A DNA stretch of 64,000 nucleotides from contig CAYQIS010000001.1 of assembly GCA_964417645.1 (NCBI GenBank), positions 104,418-168,417 of the forward strand, read 5' to 3'. Under the pieces are notes generated by a model. It did not search any database and was not told the origin of the DNA. It saw nothing but the letters and a program-made list of their open reading frames with translations. Position 1 is the stretch's first letter. Each line of letters begins with the position of its first letter. This document shows, piece after piece, positions 53,578 through 62,872 of this stretch. The stretch is from an uncultured Spirochaetia bacterium (lineage in GTDB: Bacteria > Oederibacteriota > PGYV01). The translations under genes and the position numbers were made by a program.

Positions 53578-54837
53578 TTATCCTTTCAAACCGCTTGTGG
53601 CAACACCTTCAATGAAATACCTCTGACCAAAGAAGAACACAATAAGTATGGGCAAAAGAACTATTGTTGAAGCGGCCATCATAAGATGATAATAAGATCC
53701 ATACATTGTTGTAAAAGTCTGTAATCCAAGCGCAAGAGTATAATTGCTTGCGCTGTTAAGATAAATCAACGGGTTCATGAAATCATTCCAGTTATAAACA
53801 AACCCAAATATTGCTATTGTAACAAGTGCCGGCTTTACAAGCGGAAGAAGAATTATCCAAAATACCTGGAAATAATTACATCCGTCTATCCTGGCTGCCT
53901 CATCAAGTTCAATGGGTATGGTCAGGAAAAACTGCCTCATCAAGAAAATGTTAAAAGCACCTCCGCCAAAAAATGCCGGAACTATAAGAGGATAAAATGT
54001 GTCTATCCATCCCATATATTTAAAAAGAATAAATGTTGGAATCATTGTAACCTGAGCCGGTATCATCATTGTGGATATCATAAGTAAAAACATAATGTTC
54101 TTTCCGGGGAAGCTGAACCTTGCAAAACCATATGCAACAAAACTTGAACTTAACAATACTCCAAGTATACCGAATACGGTAATTATTATGGTATTGGTAA
54201 GGAACCTGGTAAAACTTTCCGGTTTTAATGCCTGAGGGAACCATGCATCTATATAATTTCTCCACTGCGGCGGAATTGTGGCCAATTTGGCGCCAACTTT
54301 AACTACAGATCCGTCTGATACGGCAAAATTTACATCCCTGGGAAGCGGTTTTTCATCAATTAGCCTTCCCTCATTATCAAGTATTTTTACCATTTTTGAA
54401 CCGTCATCTTCTTCAACTATTTTTACTTTTCCCTGCTCAGGCATTTTGGCAAGCAACTGACCTTTTTGAACAAAATCATTTTTTCTTACCTGAAGCGTGC
54501 CGGACACAGGAACAACGTGAGATTTAACAATAACTTTATCCTGTATTATGTCAATTACCGTGCTTCCGTCTTCGCCTTCACTTATTGTTACTTTACCCGA
54601 AGCGCCTGCTTCAATTTTTGTGTTGTAATTCCAATATACATGTGAAACAGGTATCCACTTTGGCGGAATTGTAAAAATATCGGTTGGTGTTTTAAGCGAA
54701 GTGCTTATCATCCAAACCAAAGGAACCACAAATATAGCCGCTCCCAAAAGAGCAATTATATACAAAACCAAACTTACCGCGGCTTCCTGCCTTCTTTTAC
54801 TGGCCCAGAAATTTTTTTCCGGCTCTTTTATTTCCAT
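53578..54837 (-). CDS. carbohydrate ABC transporter permease (MalG/UgpE-like) carrying a roughly 140-aa periplasmic insertion
   Basis: TM1, then an inserted soluble segment (…KVTISEGEDGSTVIDIIQDKVIVKSHVVPVSGTLQVRKNDFVQKGQLLAKMPEQGKVKIVEEDDGSKMVKILDNEGRLIDEKP…), then the canonical 5-TM MalG core with an EAA loop (…DEAARIDGCNYFQVFWIILLP…). 419 aa against about 280 aa for a typical MalG. Confidence 0.7.
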   Translation of the reverse strand: MEIKEPEKNFWASKRRQEAAVSLVLYIIALLGAAIFVVPLVWMISTSLKTPTDIFTIPPKWIPVSHVYWNYNTKIEAGASGKVTISEGEDGSTVIDIIQDKVIVKSHVVPVSGTLQVRKNDFVQKGQLLAKMPEQGKVKIVEEDDGSKMVKILDNEGRLIDEKPLPRDVNFAVSDGSVVKVGAKLATIPPQWRNYIDAWFPQALKPESFTRFLTNTIIITVFGILGVLLSSSFVAYGFARFSFPGKNIMFLLMISTMMIPAQVTMIPTFILFKYMGWIDTFYPLIVPAFFGGGAFNIFLMRQFFLTIPIELDEAARIDGCNYFQVFWIILLPLVKPALVTIAIFGFVYNWNDFMNPLIYLNSASNYTLALGLQTFTTMYGSYYHLMMAASTIVLLPILIVFFFGQRYFIEGVATSGLKG

Positions 54838-54865
54838 TTATTAAACCTCCGGTTATTTTACTTTT

Positions 54866-55786
54866 TTATTTTTTTAATTCACCTTCATAATGAACCCAAC
54901 CTCCGGCAAATTTAAACTGGAGGATTGTAAATATCATTATAATAATGAAAAGAGCCCATGCAAGAGCTGAGGCATATCCCATATGATGATACTTAAACGC
55001 CATTTGATATATATAAAGAACCATAACCAGTGTTGAGTCTGCAGGTCCTCCCTGTCCTCCTGTCATTACATATACCTGGGTAAATATCTGGAAAGACCAT
55101 ACTATACTCATAATCAGATTAAAGAATATTACAGGTGTAAGCATGGGCAGTGTTACATATCTGAATTTATGCCAAAGTCCAGCTCCGTCTATATCCGCGG
55201 CTTCATAAAGCTGTCTCGGAACGCCCTGCAATCCCGCAAGATAAATAATCATATTTCCGCCAACACCCCATAAACTCATTATTATCAGCGCGGGTTTTGA
55301 CCATGTTTCATCGGCAAGCCAAAGCGGCCCTTTGATGCCAAATAAGCTTAAGCCGTAGTTAATCAATCCAAAATCCGGATTAAAAAGCCACATCCAAATT
55401 ATCGCAGATGCAACACCCGCGGTAACCGAAGGCAGATAATAAATTGTTCTTAATATTCTTACTGTTTTCCATTCCTGATTCATTAATAAAGCGACTATTA
55501 TTGAACCGACTATGCCAAGAGGCACCGAAAACAAAGTATAATAAAAAGTGTTATATAAACTTTTCCCGAATTTTACATCAGAGAACATCTTAATAAAATT
55601 ATCAAACCCCACAAATTTCGGGGGCGTCAAAAGGTCCCACTCGCAAAAAGCAAGTCCAAGCGAAGCCAAAATCGGACCGCCCGTGAACAATATCATACCC
55701 AGAATCCACGGGCTTAAAAACACATATGCCCATAAAGCCTCATGGGCAGACATACTCATAGCCTTTTTCCCGGTTTTATTGGTCAT
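54866..55786 (-). CDS. carbohydrate ABC transporter permease (MalF/UgpA-like)
   Basis: 6 TM helices with EAA loop …YEAADIDGAGLWHKFRYVTLPML… 306 aa. Confidence 0.75.
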   Translation of the reverse strand: MTNKTGKKAMSMSAHEALWAYVFLSPWILGMILFTGGPILASLGLAFCEWDLLTPPKFVGFDNFIKMFSDVKFGKSLYNTFYYTLFSVPLGIVGSIIVALLMNQEWKTVRILRTIYYLPSVTAGVASAIIWMWLFNPDFGLINYGLSLFGIKGPLWLADETWSKPALIIMSLWGVGGNMIIYLAGLQGVPRQLYEAADIDGAGLWHKFRYVTLPMLTPVIFFNLIMSIVWSFQIFTQVYVMTGGQGGPADSTLVMVLYIYQMAFKYHHMGYASALAWALFIIIMIFTILQFKFAGGWVHYEGELKK

Positions 55787-55818
55787 CAGTAATTTTCCTC
55801 CACGGTTTACTTTATTAT

Positions 55819-57117
55819 TTAATTACTTTCCGAAAAAAAGCTTTCATTAATTTCTTCCGTAAGAGGCTTCATTATTTCTTCGGCTTTTGCTTTCCCGTTC
55901 CAGATTTTATCAAAAGCAGGAGCTATCATACTTACGTTTATTTCTTCCCAATTGCTTAACAAAGGCATGAATTTGGCGTATTCAACGCCATCAAGAACAA
56001 TTTTCTTGCGTGACGGGGCTTTACCGTCAAGGAAAGCTTCAGATTCCGCAATTTTTATCATTGCCGGCTGTGCAAGCCCTGTCTGAGCAAGCTGTGTCTG
56101 TCCTTCAATACCCGCCAAATATGTAACAAGTTTCCATGCCGCTTCTTTATTTTTTGAAGATTTTACAACAGAATATCCGGAACCGCCTGAAGTGAAAGCT
56201 CTTATGCCTGTTGGCCCTTTTGGAAACATTACAACATCCCATTTGAAGTCTTTTATCTGTCTGAAAGTCGGCGTTTTCCAAATGCCCGAGAAGAACATTC
56301 CCACCTTGCCTGACATAAACATATCACCCGTTCCCATACCGCCCATTGCAGTTTGCTGCGAAGGAGACGGCATCACTTTATACTTGTGTATCATATCAGC
56401 CCTGAACTGTACTGCTTCAATGGCTTTTTTGGAATCAAGCGTGCATCTTGTGGGATTCTTTATGTCATTAACAAGCGAACCGCCAAAAGAAAGAACCCAA
56501 GGTTCCCAAAGAGGCCAATCATCAACAAAACCAAACTGTATCACTTTTCCGTTTGAATCTTTTTTTGTCAGCTTTTGCGCTTTAAGAAGGAATTCCTTAA
56601 CATTCCAGTTATCCGTAGGATACTTAATTCCGGCTTCATCAAACAAATTTTTATTGTAATAAACCACGCAAATCGGGGCTATGTCTCTTGGCAATACATA
56701 AAGTTTGTTGTCAACCGTAAATCTGTCTATTATTTGAGGATAAAAATCTTCTTTTTTAAACGCGGTTTCATTCTCCAGATAAGGGGTAAGATCTTCAAGA
56801 ATATCCTTTTCCGCAAACTTTTTAAAATTATTAACCTCTATAAAAAGCACATCAGGCGCGCTTCCGCCTGCAAATTGAGTGAGTACTTTTTCCATATAAG
56901 GAGGCCCGGAAGGAGCTCTTTCCGCGCTTACTTTAATGCCTGTATCTTTTGTAAATTTTGCTATCTGATTGTTTATAATTTCAATTTCGGCAACATCACC
57001 CCAGTACATAAACCTCAGGGTTCCTCCTCCAAATCCTTTTTTGCCGCAACCGCTGAACGCAAAAGCAACAGCAATAACCGTTAAAACAGTCACACCTAAC
57101 AACAAAAATTTCCTCAC
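55819..57117 (-). CDS. extracellular solute-binding lipoprotein (carbohydrate ABC family 1)
   Basis: Lipobox (AFSGC|GK). 432 aa with the SBP_bac_1-like fold (…LRFMYWGDVAEIEI…). Confidence 0.75.
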   Translation of the reverse strand: MRKFLLLGVTVLTVIAVAFAFSGCGKKGFGGGTLRFMYWGDVAEIEIINNQIAKFTKDTGIKVSAERAPSGPPYMEKVLTQFAGGSAPDVLFIEVNNFKKFAEKDILEDLTPYLENETAFKKEDFYPQIIDRFTVDNKLYVLPRDIAPICVVYYNKNLFDEAGIKYPTDNWNVKEFLLKAQKLTKKDSNGKVIQFGFVDDWPLWEPWVLSFGGSLVNDIKNPTRCTLDSKKAIEAVQFRADMIHKYKVMPSPSQQTAMGGMGTGDMFMSGKVGMFFSGIWKTPTFRQIKDFKWDVVMFPKGPTGIRAFTSGGSGYSVVKSSKNKEAAWKLVTYLAGIEGQTQLAQTGLAQPAMIKIAESEAFLDGKAPSRKKIVLDGVEYAKFMPLLSNWEEINVSMIAPAFDKIWNGKAKAEEIMKPLTEEINESFFSESN

Positions 57118-57188
57118 GTTCCGTCCTCCTTATGTAATTTTGATATTTTTTGCAATGATTTATTATTTTACTACTTTAGCCGTTAAAG

Positions 57189-58229
57189 TCAAGGTGTTTT
57201 GAATTCGTGTTTGTTATAGCCGGCGGCAAGCTGCCCGCACGCGGCTTTTATGTCGTCCCCTTTTTCCTTTCTGAAAAATGCCTTTATTCCCGCAGATTTA
57301 AGTTTTTTCTGAAAAAGCAGTCCTTTTGTTTCCAAACCGGACAACTCCATGTGTTTCCCCGCTTCATTATAAGGGATGATATTTACCATTGCCTTTATCC
57401 CCGATATCAATTTAACAAGCTTCTCCGCCCTTTCTTCAGTGTCAGTTTTACCCGCCATAAGAATATATTCAAAAGTCACTTCCCTGCCTGTTTTTTCAAA
57501 AAAATAAGACGCTGCATTAATTATTTCTTTAAGGCTGTATTTCCCGGCCATTGGAACCATTTGCTTTCTTTCATCCTCATCGGAAGTTACAAGAGAAACC
57601 GCAAGATAACAATTTAAACCGCTGTCCGCAAGCTTTATTATTCCCGGCACTATTCCCACGGTTGATATCGTAAAACGGGTCTGCGAGAATCCAAGTCCTT
57701 CCGGATGAGACAAAATTTCAATTGTTTTAACCACGTTATCATAATTAAGCATTGGTTCTCCCATGCCCATAAATACCGCATTATCCGGCTTTCTTCCTTT
57801 GGAAGCTCCGGCATGAACAAACTGCCCTATTATTTCGGATGGGTTTAAATTCCTTATAAATCCAATTTCTCCCGTTGAACAAAACGTGCATCCGCAAGGG
57901 CATCCCGCCTGCGAAGAAAGACAAATTGTCAGTCTGCCTTTATCAAAAAGCGCAACGGTTTCGATGCGAACTTTGTCATTTAATTCCAGCAAATATTTTT
58001 CGGTGCCGTCAATGTCGGAACGGCAAAAACCCTTCTCGGCCGGAATATCAAAAGAAAAATTTAAAGATATCATTTTTATCAATTCCGCGGGAAGATTTTT
58101 CATGTCATAAAAAGATAAAATATTTTTTTTATATAACCACCCAAATATTTGCTTCGCCCTGAAAACAGGCAGATTATTTTTAATCATAAAAGTCTTCAGT
58201 TCTTCAAAAGAAAGATCCCTTATGTCCAT
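57189..58229 (-). CDS. rlmN: 23S rRNA/tRNA (adenine-C2)-methyltransferase RlmN (radical SAM)
   Basis: …CLSSQAGCPCGCTFCSTG… is the radical-SAM triad (CxxxCxxC with a preceding Cys), and …MGMGEPMLN… follows. I prefer the start MDIRDLSFEELK at 58229 (ATG preceded by GGAG). The track's longer ORF to 58409 would overlap mnmG and has no homology support. Confidence 0.85.
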   Translation of the reverse strand: MDIRDLSFEELKTFMIKNNLPVFRAKQIFGWLYKKNILSFYDMKNLPAELIKMISLNFSFDIPAEKGFCRSDIDGTEKYLLELNDKVRIETVALFDKGRLTICLSSQAGCPCGCTFCSTGEIGFIRNLNPSEIIGQFVHAGASKGRKPDNAVFMGMGEPMLNYDNVVKTIEILSHPEGLGFSQTRFTISTVGIVPGIIKLADSGLNCYLAVSLVTSDEDERKQMVPMAGKYSLKEIINAASYFFEKTGREVTFEYILMAGKTDTEERAEKLVKLISGIKAMVNIIPYNEAGKHMELSGLETKGLLFQKKLKSAGIKAFFRKEKGDDIKAACGQLAAGYNKHEFKTP

Positions 58230-58286
58230 TTTTCTCCATATTGTTGTATAATCATCATTGTTTAAAAATATTATAAAGGATAATTT

Positions 58287-60167
58287 ATGCAAAATGAAAT
58301 GAAATATGACATTATTGTTGTCGGCGGAGGGCATGCCGGAATAGAAGCCGCGCTTGCAGGCGCCAGAACAGGCCTTAAAACCTGTCTTTTTACAATTAAC
58401 ATAGACCATATAGGGCAGCTTTCCTGTAATCCGTCAATAGGCGGCCTTGCCAAAGGGCAACTTGTAAGAGAAATAGACGCATTAGGCGGAGAAATGGCAA
58501 AAGCCGCGGACGCCACATGCATACAGTTTAAAGTTTTAAATTCAAATAAAGGGCCCGCGGTACGCGGATTGCGTGCTCAGGCGGATAAAATCACTTATCC
58601 GATTTATATGCGAAAAACTCTCCATAACACAGAGAACCTTCATATAAGACAGGCAAATGTCTGTGAAATACTTACAGACGATAAAAAGGTATCCGGCATT
58701 ATTACGGATACAGGAGCAAAATATTCATGCAGGGCTCTTATAATAACAACCGGCACATTTCTTTCGGGTAAAATATATATCGGGCTTCAATCTTTTTCAG
58801 GCGGCAGGCTTGGCGATCCTTCTTCGGATTCCCTGCCTGAATCAATACGAAAACTGGGCATTAAGACCGGACGTATGAAAACCGGAACAAACCCCAGAGT
58901 GGACAGACGCTCTCTTGATTTTTCAAAATTTATAGAGCAGCCCGGAGATCCCGTTCCGGAGCCATTTTCATTTTCAACCGATTCAATTAACAGGCCCCAG
59001 GCAATGTGCTGGCTTGTTAACACCAACGAAGAAACCGCCCGCGTAATATTAAACAATCTTGACAGATCCCCTCTTTACAGCGCCGATAAACGAATGATAT
59101 TCGGCGTAGGACCGAGATATTGCCCCTCAATAGAAGACAAAATAGTAAAATTCCCGGATAAAAAAACGCATCAGGTGTTTATTGAGCCCGAAGCGGAGGA
59201 ATCATTTGAAATGTATTTAAACGGGCTTTCGACTTCTCTGCCGCTTGACGTTCAATATATGTATCTCCGCACAATACCGGGTTTCTCCAACGTTGTTATT
59301 ACGCGTCCCGGTTACGGGATTGAATATGACTATGTGCCTCCCACTCAAATACACTCAACGCTTGAAAGCAGAACGGTTCCCGGCCTCTATTTTGCAGGCC
59401 AAATTAACGGAACTTCGGGCTATGAAGAAGCCGCAGGCCAGGGACTTTTGGCCGGTTTAAACGCTTCCCTCAAAATAAGAAATATGGAGCCGATACTCCC
59501 CAAAAGAAGCGAATCATATCTTGGCGTAATGGTTGATGATATTGTGACCCTAGGAGTTGAAGAACCTTACAGACTTTTCTCTTCAAGAGCGGAGCACAGA
59601 CTTATACTGCGCAATGACAACGCCGACATAAGACTTTCTCATTACGGTTTTAAAGCGGGACTTATCACACAAGAACAATATGACAATGTAAAAAGAAAAT
59701 CGGAATTTTTTGAATTGGAGAAAAAAAGACTTTCGTCATTCCATATACATCCCGGCCCCGAAACAGACGATAAATTAAAAAAACTTGGTTTAAACCCCAT
59801 AAATACAGAAACCAATCTTCTTAAGCTTTTAAAAAGGCCGGAATTTTCATATGAAAACATATCTTTTTTTGTTTCTGTTCCCAATGTTCCTCTTCATTTC
59901 AGGCAATACTTTGAAGCCGAAATAAAATATGAAGGCTATATAAAAAAACAAAATGAGGATATTCAAAGATTCATTAAATTCGAATCCGAATTAATTCCAC
60001 ACGATTTTAATTATTACGAAATCAAAGGTCTTCCCATGGAAGCAAAACAACGGCTGTCCGAAGCCTCCCCGCTCACAATAGGCCAGGCATCAAGAGTGAG
60101 GGGAGTCACCCCTGCCGACATAAATGTACTGCTTATTTACCTTAAAAAATACCGGGAAATAAAATAA
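58287..60167 (+). CDS. mnmG: tRNA uridine-5-carboxymethylaminomethyl modification enzyme MnmG (GidA)
   Basis: MQNEMKYDIIVVGGGHAGIEAALAGARTG… is the FAD-binding N-terminus. Collinear with GidA along its full 626-aa length. Confidence 0.9.
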   Translation: MQNEMKYDIIVVGGGHAGIEAALAGARTGLKTCLFTINIDHIGQLSCNPSIGGLAKGQLVREIDALGGEMAKAADATCIQFKVLNSNKGPAVRGLRAQADKITYPIYMRKTLHNTENLHIRQANVCEILTDDKKVSGIITDTGAKYSCRALIITTGTFLSGKIYIGLQSFSGGRLGDPSSDSLPESIRKLGIKTGRMKTGTNPRVDRRSLDFSKFIEQPGDPVPEPFSFSTDSINRPQAMCWLVNTNEETARVILNNLDRSPLYSADKRMIFGVGPRYCPSIEDKIVKFPDKKTHQVFIEPEAEESFEMYLNGLSTSLPLDVQYMYLRTIPGFSNVVITRPGYGIEYDYVPPTQIHSTLESRTVPGLYFAGQINGTSGYEEAAGQGLLAGLNASLKIRNMEPILPKRSESYLGVMVDDIVTLGVEEPYRLFSSRAEHRLILRNDNADIRLSHYGFKAGLITQEQYDNVKRKSEFFELEKKRLSSFHIHPGPETDDKLKKLGLNPINTETNLLKLLKRPEFSYENISFFVSVPNVPLHFRQYFEAEIKYEGYIKKQNEDIQRFIKFESELIPHDFNYYEIKGLPMEAKQRLSEASPLTIGQASRVRGVTPADINVLLIYLKKYREIK

Positions 60168-60221
60168 CAGCTTTATTGACTATACTGTTTTACACTGTTA
60201 TAATTACGACTGTTTTGAACT

Positions 60222-60307
60222 GCCGGGATGACGAAATGGTAGACGTAGTGGACTTAAAATCCACGGGGCGAAAGCCCATGCCGGTTCGAGTCCGGCTCCC
60301 GGCACCA
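60222..60307 (+). tRNA. tRNA-Leu (anticodon UAA), type II with long variable arm
   Basis: gccgggatgacgaaatggtagacgtagtggacttaaaatccacggggcgaaagcccatgccggttcgagtccggctcccggcacca. Anticodon stem gtgga/tccac with loop ctTAAaa. Variable-arm hairpin ggggcgaaagccc. 86 nt with encoded CCA. Confidence 0.85.
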
Positions 60308-60378
60308 AAACAAATTGCAATATTGACTTTATTAAAACTTTATGCGAATATCAATGATGTTTATAATACCTAAAATAT

Positions 60379-60453
60379 CGCGGGGTGGAGCAGTGGCAGC
60401 TCGTTGGGCTCATAACCCAAAGGTCGTTGGTTCAAATCCAACCCCCGCAACCA
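60379..60453 (+). tRNA. initiator tRNA-fMet (anticodon CAU)
   Basis: cgcggggtggagcagtggcagctcgttgggctcataacccaaaggtcgttggttcaaatccaacccccgcaacca. C1·A72 mismatch at the top of the acceptor stem and three consecutive G-C pairs in the anticodon stem (ggg/ccc), both initiator hallmarks. Loop ctCATaa. Encoded CCA. Confidence 0.8.
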
Positions 60454-60456
60454 AAT

Positions 60457-60497
60457 AAAACGACAGGTAAAGGAAAAACTTACCTGTCGTTTTTCAT
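60457..60497 (+). terminator. Rho-independent terminator after the tRNA-Leu/tRNA-fMet pair
   Basis: 12-bp stem aacgacaggtaa/ttacctgtcgtt with loop aggaaaaac, followed by TTTTCATTT. Confidence 0.65.
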
Positions 60498-60551
60498 TTA
60501 TCCGGACAGGTTATATGTCCAATATCTGATTAACGCGGCCGGGCAAGGAAA

Positions 60552-60623
60552 ATGAATAAGATTTACATCAAAGGTTTTGAGCGGTATCTGAAATTAAAAG
60601 GAATAAAGGATAATACTGTCTAA
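60552..60623 (+). pseudogene. possible remnant of a tyrosine-recombinase (integrase) N-terminus next to tRNA-fMet
   Basis: A 23-codon ORF, MNKIYIKGFERYLKLKGIKDNTV*, resembling the start of the integrase core-binding (SAM-like) domain (…F..YL…kG.s.nTi…). It ends in a stop after 23 codons. The evidence is weak because the ORF is so short. Confidence 0.2.
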
Positions 60624-60715
60624 ATATCCCAAATCACATCCTGGTATATTGATTTTGTAAGTTATCGAACAATTCAATATGCCGGTCTAATAAAAAAAAT
60701 ATTTTTCGCTTAAAT

Positions 60716-61627
60716 TTATTTCCAGCTATTGGGATAAATGAATTCATCAAAGTTATTCACCGTCAATCTCTTCAGGTTATTCCCGGTTAAATCTATCGTA
60801 TATATCTGAGAATTTCCGGACATTTCACTTAGAAAGACTATTCTTGTTCCGTCAGGCGACCAGCTCGGATTTTCTACATATGCGCCATTATTAGTAAGAT
60901 TTATTTGATTGCTTCCGTCAGCGTTCATCACATATATATCAGAATCTCTTTTGAACACAATCTTTGAACCATCAGGCGACCAACTCGGCCTGCTGTCATT
61001 TGCAATGTTATTTGTCAGGTTTATTTGATCGCTTCCGTCCGCGTCCATCACATATATCTGACTTTTGCCGCCTATCTCCCTTACAAACGCTATCTTTGTG
61101 CCGTCAGGCGACCAGTTCGGGGCCGAGTCATATCCGCCATAATTTGACAAGTTTATTTGATTACTTCCATCAGCGTTCATCACATATATATCATAGTTGC
61201 CGCCTCTATTGCTTACAAACGCTATCTTTGAACCGTCAGGCGACCAACTTGGAGCTCCATCATATCCGCCGTAATTTGTTGTCAGGTTTATTTGATTACT
61301 TCCGTCAGAGTTCATCACATATATATCATAGTTGCCGCTTATCTCCTTTATAAACGCTATTTTTGAACCGTCAGGCGACCAACTCGGACTGTAATCATTT
61401 ACGCTGTTATTTGTAAGATTTGTTTGATTGCTTCCGTCAGCGTTCATCACATATATATCTTCATCACCGTCTCTATTACTTGTAAATATTATCTTTTTTT
61501 GTCCCCCTCCCACAATCGTCGGCACAGCTGTAGGTGCAGGGGCAACAGGTGATTTTGTCTTAACACATGACTGTAAAAATATAAGAATAAAAAGTGTAAG
61601 CATTGAAAACACCAATGTTTTTTTCAT
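60716..61627 (-). CDS. PD40 (TolB-type) beta-propeller repeat lipoprotein
   Basis: Lipobox (FLQSC|VK). Six or more PD40 units (…[14 protein letters not shown]…YDIYVMNSDGSNQINLT…). 303 aa. Confidence 0.75.
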   Translation of the reverse strand: MKKTLVFSMLTLFILIFLQSCVKTKSPVAPAPTAVPTIVGGGQKKIIFTSNRDGDEDIYVMNADGSNQTNLTNNSVNDYSPSWSPDGSKIAFIKEISGNYDIYVMNSDGSNQINLTTNYGGYDGAPSWSPDGSKIAFVSNRGGNYDIYVMNADGSNQINLSNYGGYDSAPNWSPDGTKIAFVREIGGKSQIYVMDADGSDQINLTNNIANDSRPSWSPDGSKIVFKRDSDIYVMNADGSNQINLTNNGAYVENPSWSPDGTRIVFLSEMSGNSQIYTIDLTGNNLKRLTVNNFDEFIYPNSWK

Positions 61628-61746
61628 GTTTTTACTCCTGAATTATAATAAAAATTTATGAATTATTTTAACTTTTTAAGGTTTAATAAATCAAACAATA
61701 TTCGAAGATATGCCTTCAAAAATCATTTAATTTTAACATAAAACTT

Positions 61747-62799
61747 TTATTTCCAGCAGCCAAAATTTACTTTATCCGAATCCGTATTGTTTGTAAGTCC
61801 TGTTAAACCTGTTCCGTCTTCATTCATAACAAATACTTCTTCATTCATATTTCTAAAACTTATAAAAACTATTTTTTTCCCGTCCGGCGACCATGACGCA
61901 GTATTGTCATCATCAGAATAATTGGTCAGTCTCGTTTGTCCGCTTCCGTCAGGATTCATGGCATATATTTCGCCGTTTCCGTCCCTCGCGCTTACAAACA
62001 ATATTTTGTTTCCTCCGGAAGAAAACACCGGGGAATAATCCGCGTTTGCATTATTGCTTAAATTTATTACACTGCTCCCTTCGGCATTCATTATGTATAT
62101 CTCCTGATTTCCGTGCCTTGTGCTTACAAATAATATTTTAGTTCCGTCGGGCGACCATGACGCCGAATAATCCAAAGCGGAATTATTTGTAATATTTGTC
62201 TGATTGTTTCCGTCAGAATCCATTACATATATTTCGCTGTTTCCGTCCCTGTCGCTTAAAAATAAAATTTTCGATCCGTCCGGCGACCACACAGGATTAT
62301 AATCTCCCCCTGTATTATTGGTTAATCTCACCTGATTGCTGCCGTCAATGTTCATTTTATATATTTCCACATTTCCGTGCCTGTTCGTCTGAAATGCAAT
62401 TTTTGTTCCGTCAGGAGACCATGAAGGACTGCTGTCATAACCGGGGTTATTTGTTAAATTCGTCTGCCCTGTTCCGTCAGGTTTCATTATATATATTTAA
62501 TTATCGCCGTCCCTTATCGATTCAAATAAAATTTTGGATCCATCCGGAGACCATTTTGCGTTTTTATCAGTTACAATATTGTTTGTTAATCTGGTTTGAT
62601 TGCTGCCGTCCGCATTCATTATATATATTTCAAAATTACCGTCTCTTTCGCTTTCAAATAATATTTTGCCGATTCCGCCGCCTGTAATTGTCGGCGTTGA
62701 TGTTGGCGCAGGTGCGGCGGGAACATTTGCCTTTTTACACGATGAAATTATTAATAAAAATAAAATAAACAGACTAAAATATACAAGGTATTTTTTCAT
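61747..62799 (-). pseudogene. PD40-repeat lipoprotein paralog interrupted by a single in-frame TAA stop
   Basis: The 5' piece 62497..62799 ([74 protein letters not shown]…ESIRDGDN*) and the 3' piece 61747..62487 (MKPDGTGQTNLTNN… PD40 x5) are in the same frame. A TAA sits where the paralog has a sense codon (…DGDN * IYIMKPDGTG… compared with …GNSQIYVMDADGS…). Confidence 0.5.
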
Positions 62800-62872
62800 G
62801 TTGCTTTCCTTCCTTTTTTTATTATTTAATTTTTAAGAAAAATTTCTATAATTTTAATTTATTTCCATATAA

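Noticed and set aside
56192-57084. Plus-strand ORFs 56192..56659 and 56575..57084 (155 and 169 aa)
   Set aside because: They are antisense to the well-supported solute-binding-protein gene. Their composition is low-complexity and K/F-rich, typical of AT-rich antisense frames. There is no RBS.
58230-58409. N-terminal 60 aa of the track ORF 57189..58409 (MVYVNCKKTGFKACSGACKRGFYSG…), which would overlap mnmG
   Set aside because: It has no similarity to RlmN N-termini and overlaps the divergent mnmG start. An internal ATG at 58229 has a GGAG RBS and begins the conserved RlmN sequence (MDIRDLSFEELK…).
60176-60373. 65-aa ORF MTILFYTVIITTVLNCRDDEMVDVVDLKSTGRK…
   Set aside because: It spans the tRNA-Leu gene, so it is a spurious ORF over a structural RNA.
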